From IMG/VR virus record IMGVR_UViG_3300033076_001137, positions 1-64,000 of that record: 64,000 nt of DNA; one strand, written 5' to 3'. A model generated the notes under the pieces. That model was not told the DNA's origin and did not search any database. It was given only the letters and a program-made list of their open reading frames with translations. Shown here one piece after another: positions 44,687-53,417 of the stretch (position 1 is the stretch's first letter; every line of letters starts with the position of its first letter). Source of the DNA: a virus (lineage: Duplodnaviria > Caudoviricetes). The position numbers and the translations under genes were made by a program.

Positions 44687-45886
44687 TTACGCCTCCGGAT
44701 CGATGTCAGCGCCGACCATCTGATCCTTGAGAGCTCGCATCTCCTCGTAGGACTCAGGATCAATGTCAAGATCGCTCACATTCACCGAAGTCCTGATTAG
44801 CGCTTTCTCCAGAAGCCCGTCAATCCATGGCTTATACTGGGGATCTTTCCACAGGTCTCCAAAATCAGCCTTGTAGAACTTCTTCTCAAGGATGTTCTCG
44901 TTCTTCTCGTTGGTGACCTTAATCGTCTTCCACGCGCTGGTGCCCTCGACCGAGACTTGATGATCGTTAATCATATCAGGTCCATGCTCACGAAGCACGT
45001 CGAATACCTCCTCATGCTCTTCGATGCCCTTACCGAAGATGATCCTGAATTCAACCTTTCGGAATGGAGGCGCAACCTTGTTCTTGATGGTCTTCGCCCA
45101 GACGTTGATGCCGATCGCTTCACCTTGCTTGTTCTCAATATGAGAACCAGCTCCGAGCTTGAGACGGACCGAGGCATGGAACGGGATCGCCATACCACCG
45201 GGAGTGGTTGTCGGGTCACCGTGCATTACACCGATCTTCGTGCGGATCTGGTTGAGGATGACGAAGAGCACGTTCTGGTCGCCGATGACGCCTGTGATCT
45301 TTCGCATGCCCTTGGAGATCGCGCGAGCCTGGAGACCGATTGTGTCCTTGTCGTATGCTCCTTCAAGCTCTGCCTTGGGGGAGCTAGCAGCCACCGAGTC
45401 CCAGATGATCGTGATCGGGACATCCTTCTGCATCGCTTTCGCCTTCAGGATCGTCTTCTCGGCGATATCGAGCACCTCTTCAGTGCAGTGAGTGTCGACG
45501 TAGACGAACCGCTTCGAGACGTCGACGCCGAGCGCCGCAAGGTTCTCGACCGAGGTGCCGTTCTCAGTGTCAATATAGACCACGATGCCGCCCATCGACT
45601 GGGTAGAGCGTGCGATCTGCGTTGCGATATGGCTCTTACCAATGGATGGTGGACCGAAGATCTCTACGATTCGACCCTCGGGTAGTCCACCCTTCGCTCG
45701 ATTCGATACAATGAGATCGAGCTGCTTCGAGCCGCTGGAGATCCAGCGCTTCACGTGGGTCGGAGATGTATCGACCGCAAGATTGTACGCGATTCGAGAG
45801 CCGTGGTCCTTATTGAGTGATGAGATGAGATCACTGGTAAAATCATCAGCAGCAGTCTTCACTGCTGCAGTATCCTTCTTTGCCAT
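44687..45886 (-). CDS. recA: RecA/UvsX recombinase
   Basis: GRIVEIFGPPSIGKS, YIDTE, IWDSVAA, QAR, LNQIR, TTPGG.AIPFHASVR, KNKVAPPF. Confidence 0.95.
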   Translation of the reverse strand: MAKKDTAAVKTAADDFTSDLISSLNKDHGSRIAYNLAVDTSPTHVKRWISSGSKQLDLIVSNRAKGGLPEGRIVEIFGPPSIGKSHIATQIARSTQSMGGIVVYIDTENGTSVENLAALGVDVSKRFVYVDTHCTEEVLDIAEKTILKAKAMQKDVPITIIWDSVAASSPKAELEGAYDKDTIGLQARAISKGMRKITGVIGDQNVLFVILNQIRTKIGVMHGDPTTTPGGMAIPFHASVRLKLGAGSHIENKQGEAIGINVWAKTIKNKVAPPFRKVEFRIIFGKGIEEHEEVFDVLREHGPDMINDHQVSVEGTSAWKTIKVTNEKNENILEKKFYKADFGDLWKDPQYKPWIDGLLEKALIRTSVNVSDLDIDPESYEEMRALKDQMVGADIDPEA

Positions 45887-45930
45887 TTCTACTCCTTCAA
45901 TATTCTAATTTCACGCTGCAGAATGTGCAA

Positions 45931-45963
45931 AGGGCGGGGAAGCTTATTCAACTTCCCCGCCCT
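45931..45963 (-). terminator. Rho-independent terminator after ssb
   Basis: AGGGCGGGGAAG-9 nt-CTTCCCCGCCCT, 12-bp stem. Confidence 0.8.
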
Positions 45964-45981
45964 TATCTTCAGATCGTCAGA

Positions 45982-46818
45982 TCAGAATCCGCTGTCCTCA
46001 AGATCAGCGAAAGCGTCATCAAGATCACGAGCAGCAGCCTTCGGACCGGAGCTAGTCTTCTTCGCGGGCTTGAGATCATCATCATCATCGAATGCAGCGA
46101 GCTTGTTATCCGTCTCGGTGCGAGGAGCCGGACCGCCGCGAGTGGTGCCAGTATCGCTCGAGCCACCACCGTTGATCCAATCGTTGACGATCTTCTCGAT
46201 CTCGTCGTAGGACTTGAGATTCGCGGCCTCATCTACCTCTGGAATCGACTCGAGCCACTTCTTGGCCTGAGCAGAATCACGACTGAGGGGCTCAACTTTC
46301 GCGCGGGGAGAGATCTTCGTGTCGGCAAACTGCTTACCAGGAAGCTTCGAGACTGTGACACGGATATCACGACCCTCGAGCGGATCCGTGATGTCGCCAT
46401 AGTCCTCATCGAGCATGAGATTCAGGATATCCTGATAGACCATCTTTCCAAACGACCAGATGCGGACGCCCTTGTCCTCCTCACCACGAACGATGACGGG
46501 AGCGAAGGTACGCATCTTCGGAGCGACCTTCTTCGCAAGCTCGCGGCTCGTGTCGCTGCCCTCGTCGTAGAGCTTGCTGCGAAGCTCCTTGATGGGATCG
46601 GGCTTGCCGAACTGGAAGGGAGCAAGGATACCCGGGCTGTTGCCAACACCGTAGTAGTACCAGCGATCCTTGAAGGGCTGACCGTCGTTATTCTGGAATG
46701 CCAGGAGTCGAACCGTGTACTCCTTGCCCTCCTCGGGCTTCCACTGCTGGTCACGCTTATTGTTCTTGCCGGAGAGTTCACCGAGCTTGCGGCGGATTGC
46801 GTCGAGATCGATTGCCAT
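45982..46818 (-). CDS. Single-stranded DNA-binding protein (T4 gp32-like)
   Basis: WKP...YTVRLL, aromatic residues, GRDIRVT, acidic tail DLDDAFADLEDSGF; position next to recA and helicase. Confidence 0.8.
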   Translation of the reverse strand: MAIDLDAIRRKLGELSGKNNKRDQQWKPEEGKEYTVRLLAFQNNDGQPFKDRWYYYGVGNSPGILAPFQFGKPDPIKELRSKLYDEGSDTSRELAKKVAPKMRTFAPVIVRGEEDKGVRIWSFGKMVYQDILNLMLDEDYGDITDPLEGRDIRVTVSKLPGKQFADTKISPRAKVEPLSRDSAQAKKWLESIPEVDEAANLKSYDEIEKIVNDWINGGGSSDTGTTRGGPAPRTETDNKLAAFDDDDDLKPAKKTSSGPKAAARDLDDAFADLEDSGF

Positions 46819-46930
46819 GATAGTTTGTATGTCCTTGAATGATTGATTGTTGTTGATAGACGGAGAGTTTCTGCTTGCGCTTCCCCTCTCCGGAGTTACC
46901 CGATGTCCCGCCTTTCGAGCCAGAACATAG
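46819..46930 (-). promoter_or_regulatory. Structured 5' leader of ssb
   Basis: Hairpins at 46903-46928 and 46861-46892, then an unstructured A/C-rich tract up to the RBS; CTGAAA-17-TACAAT promoter at 46935-46963. Confidence 0.5.
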
Positions 46931-46959
46931 GGAGATTGTATGATGTGGGTTGATTTTTT

Positions 46960-47205
46960 TCAGCGCTTCTTGTGTTTTTTCGGTAATCCACCGAATGAGC
47001 GACGAGCGACTTTGGTAACATCGCGACGTGGACCTGGGGGTCTCATCCCGAGCGGCAAAGTATAGCCCGCCACCGCACCAGCTCCTGAGAATTCATCGAG
47101 CTCTTCCTCACTCATGCACGCATCGCCCTCATCCATCCCACATGAGATCTCATCGAGAGCTTCGATAATCATGAGTCGAAGAGATTTTCTGTCCAATGTT
47201 TCCAT
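46960..47205 (-). CDS. Small hypothetical protein
   Basis: ORF 81 aa; LRLMIIEAL N-terminus; ATAATTAA upstream. Confidence 0.7.
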   Translation of the reverse strand: METLDRKSLRLMIIEALDEISCGMDEGDACMSEEELDEFSGAGAVAGYTLPLGMRPPGPRRDVTKVARRSFGGLPKKHKKR

Positions 47206-47213
47206 GATCTTAA

Positions 47214-47798
47214 TTATTCGCTTCCAACCTTTCTGACCAGGATATCACGTGCCGATCGTAGAAGAATGGTGAGAGTCGGCTCAGCTGTCGGAGCAAGACG
47301 GCTCTCGACCCAATCGGGTGGGCGGCTCGGGCCACGGATCGCCATGAACTCCTCCTCGCTGAGCTTTACACCGTAGTGATTTAGAAGGAAGAGCGAACGC
47401 TCTGGGATCGTCATGCGATTGAGACGCTCGTTGGGCTTATAGAAAGCCCCAAGCTTTTCTCGTCGCCAACTCTCTTCCTCTGGAACAAAATAAGGCTCCT
47501 CGAGACTTCCAACTTTCCCGATCTCATGTAGGAGACCAACTACAAGGATGGACTCCGTTGAAGCTCCCAGCTCGAAAGCGTCATTGATGCGCTTCATGCC
47601 CTTCGCTACCGTGATCGCTTGTTGAACGAGCCCACCCGGCTCGCAACCAGGACTGTCATTTCGAGGTTCAGCTGGACACATCAGAAGTCGCTCGCCAAGG
47701 TCGTCCAGCAACTGCTGGAGTCCGGATCCACGATTGATCTTATCAGCAAGCTTGGCGTAACTTGTCCAGAGGTCAGTAAGCTCTCGTTCGTTCATCAT
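47214..47798 (-). CDS. HD-domain-like protein (HD to HE variant)
   Basis: GGLVQQ...GLLHEIGKVG resembles YhaM-type HD domains with substituted ligands. Confidence 0.55.
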   Translation of the reverse strand: MMNERELTDLWTSYAKLADKINRGSGLQQLLDDLGERLLMCPAEPRNDSPGCEPGGLVQQAITVAKGMKRINDAFELGASTESILVVGLLHEIGKVGSLEEPYFVPEEESWRREKLGAFYKPNERLNRMTIPERSLFLLNHYGVKLSEEEFMAIRGPSRPPDWVESRLAPTAEPTLTILLRSARDILVRKVGSE

Positions 47799-47829
47799 GA
47801 TTAGAATCTAAACGAGAGCACCAATATTT

Positions 47830-48258
47830 TCAGCTGACGATCATCTTTACGATAACTTTGTTTCCCGAGCGCTCAACAAATGTCCGCTGGGGAAGAGCGA
47901 TCCGATTCATGAGCTCAGCGACAGCGAGAGTGTCACGGATGAAATATTCTCCCATCAGACCTTGTCGAAAATTTGAAAGGTCACGTGACATTGGAAGAAC
48001 GATGTAGTACTCCCCGCCAGATGTCTTCATGTTAATGTCTTCGAAAAGTCCGTCAAGGGGCTTCGATTGAATCGCTCGCTCCAGAACTTCATAAGCTTCT
48101 TTATGAAAATCCTCTCCCTTTCCATAGTAAGATCCCAAATTTAAGCCGCCGATCATCGATGCTGGATCTGACTTAACTTTACCCGATGCGCGACTTGAGA
48201 GTTTCGCTTCGCCGAAACGCGGATATTTAGATTTGAATTTGTTCCTGAGCGCGCTCAC
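47830..48258 (-). CDS. Hypothetical protein
   Basis: ORF 142 aa. Confidence 0.65.
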   Translation of the reverse strand: MSALRNKFKSKYPRFGEAKLSSRASGKVKSDPASMIGGLNLGSYYGKGEDFHKEAYEVLERAIQSKPLDGLFEDINMKTSGGEYYIVLPMSRDLSNFRQGLMGEYFIRDTLAVAELMNRIALPQRTFVERSGNKVIVKMIVS

Positions 48259-49422
48259 TCATCCCTCCTCATCTACATAGGCCGGTTCGAAGGAAAGGTA
48301 AAAATGTCCAAGCCGATCTATATCCACTCCTTCGCTAACGATCTCTCTCATGCGATCGATCGAGTCCGGATGGCAATCGATGAGCAGAGCATCGTGTAAT
48401 ACAAACACGGGCTGCACCAGAAGATCCTCAGATTCGATCCTGTCCATGATGATGCTGAATCCCATGAGCGAGACATCGACTGCCGTTGACTGCGTGTAGT
48501 GAGATACAGCGAGGTGAGGATCACGAGCCTCAGATATCGGTCTCCCCCAAAAATTCTTGGGTTCGTCAGATTCTACGATTCTGCGACGAAGTGACTCTAA
48601 ACCGAAGTAATCGTTGATCTCCTTCATCAATCTAGAGGCATCAGCTCCCACTTCCTCTCGAACAGATTGGCCTGACGCGCCGTAGAGGGACTTCAGCGTC
48701 GCAAGCTTCGCGTGACGTCTGTCGACGCCCTTCAGACGCTCGGCGATGGCTCCGTAGATGTCAGCTGGCGCCTCGCCGCTTCTGAGGAGTCTGAGAACTC
48801 TGGGCTCAAGCGAGACGAAATCGATCTGGTAGACTCTCCCACCGTCATATCGACTCGACAGGATCTTCCTGTGAGCTTTCTGAAGCGTAAGGATTCTGGG
48901 ACCCTCCGCGACGGTTAAGCGTCCCGTCGCAGTCCTGTGAGAGTAAACCACAGGTTCGGCCATGCTGTCGGGTCCTGGTTCGAAAGTCTCCAGCACGTTG
49001 AACTGCTGCGATTCAGACTGAGCGACGCGAAGCGCAGCAAGGTCGATCCGACACGGAACCAAGCGCTCGAGAACGGAACGACCTGCGACCAATGTCTCAG
49101 AATAATCACCGACAACCGCCAGAAGCTCGTCGAGCTCATCCGAGATCGTAGACAGATTCTCATATAGGACCCGTTGCGGGATGACCAGAGGCCACGGCAC
49201 GGCCCCTCTTGACAACCCATCCATCGAACTGACAAACTCAGGGGGTATGAGACTCGGAAGATCCCTATCACACGATTCGTAGATTGACTCGATCGAACGA
49301 GACGTTGAACGATCACCGATACACCACGCGTCAGATGATACGCTTTCGGACCAGATGATCTTGTTGTCTCTCAGGATGGCATGCTTCGGTGAATTTAAAG
49401 CCAGTCTCGATGCGTATATCAT
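48259..49422 (-). CDS. Minimal family A DNA polymerase (polymerase domain only)
   Basis: TATGRL, motif A IDFVSLEPRVL, motif B RRHAKLATLKSLYG, motif C VLHDALLID; no recognisable 3'-5' exonuclease motifs. Confidence 0.8.
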   Translation of the reverse strand: MIYASRLALNSPKHAILRDNKIIWSESVSSDAWCIGDRSTSRSIESIYESCDRDLPSLIPPEFVSSMDGLSRGAVPWPLVIPQRVLYENLSTISDELDELLAVVGDYSETLVAGRSVLERLVPCRIDLAALRVAQSESQQFNVLETFEPGPDSMAEPVVYSHRTATGRLTVAEGPRILTLQKAHRKILSSRYDGGRVYQIDFVSLEPRVLRLLRSGEAPADIYGAIAERLKGVDRRHAKLATLKSLYGASGQSVREEVGADASRLMKEINDYFGLESLRRRIVESDEPKNFWGRPISEARDPHLAVSHYTQSTAVDVSLMGFSIIMDRIESEDLLVQPVFVLHDALLIDCHPDSIDRMREIVSEGVDIDRLGHFYLSFEPAYVDEEG

Positions 49423-49452
49423 ACGAAATGATAATATGTCGAGAGGTTATTT

Positions 49453-52400
49453 TCAGATCGATCCAATCACCGGAATGACTTCATCATTGAAAATAAGCTC
49501 AGCGAGTGTTGGGTCATTGCTTCGAAGGGCTAAGAGAGCATCGTTCAACGAATTAACAGCGTCTATATTAGACTGCGCGTCACGAGCAAATCTTTCAGCC
49601 TCCTCTTGCGCGCGTAGAAGCTCAATTTTCGCAGTTTCAGCAGCTTGGATCGCAGAAGATCCAACTGCCGCGCGCGCGGCGTCTTGGACTGCTCTTTCAG
49701 CCGCAGCTTTAGCAGAGTTAAGTTTCCATTGAGCTGTAATTTGAGCTTGAGCGACCTTCTCATCAATTGCGCTCTTGACTTCCTTGAGATTTTCAATCGC
49801 CTTTCTAACGTTTAACACCCCGTCTTGCAAGTCGAACTTTTCTTTATCGGAGGCGTTATTGGTCGCTGTAACTTGATCTATTTCGTTAAAGGGCGCGTTG
49901 TATTGGACTTTCTGGGTTTCTAGAGTGTTTCCACGTACCACCGACAGCGCTGCAGCTAGATTCTGAGCGAGGCTAGTGTAGGTGGCGAAGCCTTGTCCAT
50001 AACTCATCTTGACCTCAGACTTAAAGCCGTCGCTTCCTATCGTGTGATCGATCTGAGTCACGAAATAGACGTTATCCGCCGTCGTGCCCGTTCCAAAATC
50101 AACAAAGAGACGCTGCATCGGGAAAAAGAGTGGGCAGCCGACGGTGCTGAGGCTCAGTTGTGACGGTACGATCTGCATCGGAACTCCAGCATCTACAGCA
50201 GCAGGATCGTAATCACCTGCAGCGTTGAAGGCGCGTTGGAGCATCACGTTTCCGAGACCCGCGTTGTTGTTCGATTGCAGGTTCGCTGTCGTAATCGCCG
50301 AATTCTGACTACCGTATACTATGTACGGCATGCCAGCAGACACACGTGATTTAATCTCTTCATAAGTCCCGTTGACTTTGAAACAGTTGTCAGGAATCCC
50401 TTCTGCATTAACTTTTTGAAGTATTGGATTGAGACCTTCTGAAAGCTGAGTAATGATGGCTAACGTTTCGTCTTTCTGTTTTTCAGAAACGCCGCCCGGA
50501 GCGGAAGCCTGTTGATTGAACTCCGAAGTAGGAATTCGAACGACATTGAGCTGGTCGTCACGAGTCGCCGCAAGTATCTCGCCAAGTGTGGAGAATGGAT
50601 CCTGAGCTGCATCGTAGATATGCAGCTTTATCATCGTTTTCTCAGCAATTTCGTTGTTATTGGCGTCCAGAAGCGGGCATGCCTCAACCTCTATCTGTAT
50701 GTTGGGCTGAACGAATTTTCCGGTAGTAATACCAACGCTCTTCAGACGATTCTCACGTGTCGTTTCGTAGTTTGGCTCTATTTTGTAGCCGTTGCTCTTG
50801 ACGGCGACCAGGTTGGATTTCACTCCCTTTAGTTCATTTATCTGCGTTTCGATCGGTGAGGCCTTACCGGGATCTGTTACTGTTTTAAGGCTTTCACGTA
50901 GTTCATTTATTCTCTTATCAATTTTTGTGATATTCTCGTCAACGGCTGCTTTGTTTAGGGAGACTGAGAGCTTTTCGAGCTCTGCTTCACCTTTCTGGGC
51001 CTTCGCAGAGTTGTAGAAATTCGACATCAGATACGCACGGTCAGCGGGAAAGCTCACGAATCTATCGTTGATTATCGAGATCACGTCTCTTAGGGAAAGA
51101 TCTTGGACTTTACCCGCCGATGTTGCGATAGCGGTGTTAAAAAGATTCGACTCAATCGGAAAGCAGCTCACGGGTAGTGAATTGACAGCACCGGCGTATC
51201 TGTTGAAAGGATAGAATATCAGCTGAATCTCATCATAGAGCTGAGATTTTGCCAGCTGAGCGCCCACGATATTGCTGAATATTGCCCCAAGTGAAATGAA
51301 GTCGGAGGGATTCTTAGTATCTGTTATAACCTTGGTGTAATCATCGACCGTGAGTGGGTTGTTCATATCGCTGAGGCCACCGCCCAGCGTAGATTGAGAT
51401 TCTGTGAAGAGAGATCCCGGATAGTAATTGCTGCTTCCCAAAGCGGCGTTCATATTAGCGAAGCGACCCTGAGACTTCATGTCGGAGGCGAAAGGATCAA
51501 CGTCCATCTTGGGAATGTCAGATACGATCTTGGAATAATCCTGTTTCATTGAAGTTTTATACTTCGCTACGAGGCTTTCATGATCGATTTCATATAAATT
51601 GCTCTCACCCTTACGCTCAACTTTCCCGTAGGCGGATGCAAGAAGAGCGCGCGCGGATGCTGGAACTGCGTTTGACGTCAACGCTTCGGAAATCTGTTTT
51701 AGGACGCCCTGATCATCTGCGGCCGATAGGATCGAGTTCGGGTCAGTGAATTGAGTGATAGTATCGATCTTTGAAAGTGATGGAGTTTTTGGAAGTCTTT
51801 GGTATTCCTGCAGAATATCAGAGAGTTGACGCGCCAGTCTCTCCAGCTGATTGTAGATCGAAACGTTTCCTCGCATACGAAGAAATAGAAGATCCGTGCT
51901 TCCCACGGTAGCCAAGCTCAGACTCACCTTAACCTGACCGACATCGTCGAACGTGTAAGACGAGTTGATGATCCTATAGCGCTGCTTCACCTTGAGAGCA
52001 TCTAGGAGAGTCCCGTAAGCGTTGCTCGATGCTATTCCTCCATCGATGTGTGACCATCCATATGTGATATCCATGAACGTCAAGCCGTACAGGTCGGGTC
52101 GCACGAAATCAACGAAATCACGAAGCCGAGAGCGATCATGTATCACGATCTCGAGGCGCGCCGTGGCGAAAGAAAGACCACCACCGGCAGTACGAAGCTT
52201 GTTGGAAACCTGAAGCTGTCCCAAGCTCATCGGAGGCCTGAAGCGATCAATCACAGGGACGTCCTCCTTGCCCCTTGCAGCAGCGTCCATATTGGTGAGG
52301 GTCGCCGGAGACGTGAACATTTCCATGCTGGACTTCGCGCCAATTAACGGGGTTCCTCCCTGCGTGATTGCACCCGCCTCGGTGACGATCCTAGTGTTTT

Positions 52401-53124
52401 GAGCTGATAGAATACCTTGATCTACGGCGCTTAGCGATCCCGGATTTAGGAACTTTAGAAGCGTTATTCCCTCGCCCAAGCCCTTCTCATCAGGAGCAAG
52501 AGCGCTTCTGGGGGTAATCACATCGATATCGACGTACGGGACGCACTTGCTGAACTCGATATTAGGAATCCCATTCAGAAAAATCTGCAGCGCGCCAACA
52601 TCACGAGTAGCAGGGCCTAGATAAGGATTCTCGACGTTAATGGCGTAGAGATTTGGTCGCTCCTTTGTCGGTCGCAACATGTAAGTGTTTGGTTGATTCC
52701 GCGGTGAAAATATTTTTTTCGGAACTATGGTGCCCGCAACGAAAATGTCTTTCGCTGGATTAAGAATGCTGTCATAAACACCGTAAATTTTCACCTGCTC
52801 GAGTCTTCTTCGATCAACGGGAATATTTCCTTCTACTATCAGAGAACTTACCCTCTGATTAAAATAGACGATCCCACGACTTCCGAAGATCAGCTCTGCG
52901 AGCTCGTCTTCGAATGAAATTCCAACTGAAACATCAGTGTTTCCTGCGTCTATAACTCTCTGATATCCCGTAACTTTGTCTGATGCGCTCTTATCCGTCA
53001 GATCATTTGAGGCCTGCTCGGCTGCGATCAAACGTGACTTAGCGATGTACTCTGACGTTGTCGTAGCGCCAAAATACACCGAAAGCTTTCTAACAGCCTG
53101 CGTTATCAGAGGACTACGAGGCAT
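49453..53124 (-). CDS. Large tail/baseplate protein (hub-like)
   Basis: 1223 aa in the baseplate position; LSTVGCPLFFPMQRLFVDFGTG...YFVTQIDHTI resembles the gp27/gpD-type hub C-terminus. Confidence 0.55.
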   Translation of the reverse strand: MPRSPLITQAVRKLSVYFGATTTSEYIAKSRLIAAEQASNDLTDKSASDKVTGYQRVIDAGNTDVSVGISFEDELAELIFGSRGIVYFNQRVSSLIVEGNIPVDRRRLEQVKIYGVYDSILNPAKDIFVAGTIVPKKIFSPRNQPNTYMLRPTKERPNLYAINVENPYLGPATRDVGALQIFLNGIPNIEFSKCVPYVDIDVITPRSALAPDEKGLGEGITLLKFLNPGSLSAVDQGILSAQNTRIVTEAGAITQGGTPLIGAKSSMEMFTSPATLTNMDAAARGKEDVPVIDRFRPPMSLGQLQVSNKLRTAGGGLSFATARLEIVIHDRSRLRDFVDFVRPDLYGLTFMDITYGWSHIDGGIASSNAYGTLLDALKVKQRYRIINSSYTFDDVGQVKVSLSLATVGSTDLLFLRMRGNVSIYNQLERLARQLSDILQEYQRLPKTPSLSKIDTITQFTDPNSILSAADDQGVLKQISEALTSNAVPASARALLASAYGKVERKGESNLYEIDHESLVAKYKTSMKQDYSKIVSDIPKMDVDPFASDMKSQGRFANMNAALGSSNYYPGSLFTESQSTLGGGLSDMNNPLTVDDYTKVITDTKNPSDFISLGAIFSNIVGAQLAKSQLYDEIQLIFYPFNRYAGAVNSLPVSCFPIESNLFNTAIATSAGKVQDLSLRDVISIINDRFVSFPADRAYLMSNFYNSAKAQKGEAELEKLSVSLNKAAVDENITKIDKRINELRESLKTVTDPGKASPIETQINELKGVKSNLVAVKSNGYKIEPNYETTRENRLKSVGITTGKFVQPNIQIEVEACPLLDANNNEIAEKTMIKLHIYDAAQDPFSTLGEILAATRDDQLNVVRIPTSEFNQQASAPGGVSEKQKDETLAIITQLSEGLNPILQKVNAEGIPDNCFKVNGTYEEIKSRVSAGMPYIVYGSQNSAITTANLQSNNNAGLGNVMLQRAFNAAGDYDPAAVDAGVPMQIVPSQLSLSTVGCPLFFPMQRLFVDFGTGTTADNVYFVTQIDHTIGSDGFKSEVKMSYGQGFATYTSLAQNLAAALSVVRGNTLETQKVQYNAPFNEIDQVTATNNASDKEKFDLQDGVLNVRKAIENLKEVKSAIDEKVAQAQITAQWKLNSAKAAAERAVQDAARAAVGSSAIQAAETAKIELLRAQEEAERFARDAQSNIDAVNSLNDALLALRSNDPTLAELIFNDEVIPVIGSI

Positions 53125-53417
53125 TAAAGCAGCCTCATAACAGCGTTGATATCGATCGGAACTAGGATTCTAGTTCCCGGAGGGGATTGCAACCACCATC
53201 CGATTCCGCTGGCAGCAGCAATGACCCACCACATCTTGCCATCGCCGTAGGAATCGAAAGCGATCTGGTCAAGACGTTGACCTTCGACCATCACGAACTC
53301 GTTGCAGAGCAGGCTGCCAGCGCTCACTGCTTCTTTTATGCGTCGAGCAGCCGCCGGAGTCGCAAGGCGACGCTGCGTGTCCAATATGGGAGTTCTAGAG
53401 TATCTGCTGGTCGACAT
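53124..53417 (-). CDS. LysM-like baseplate protein (P2 gpX / gp53-like)
   Basis: GQRLDQIAFDSYGDGKMWWVIAAAS...PPGTRILVP. Confidence 0.8.
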   Translation of the reverse strand: MSTSRYSRTPILDTQRRLATPAAARRIKEAVSAGSLLCNEFVMVEGQRLDQIAFDSYGDGKMWWVIAAASGIGWWLQSPPGTRILVPIDINAVMRLL

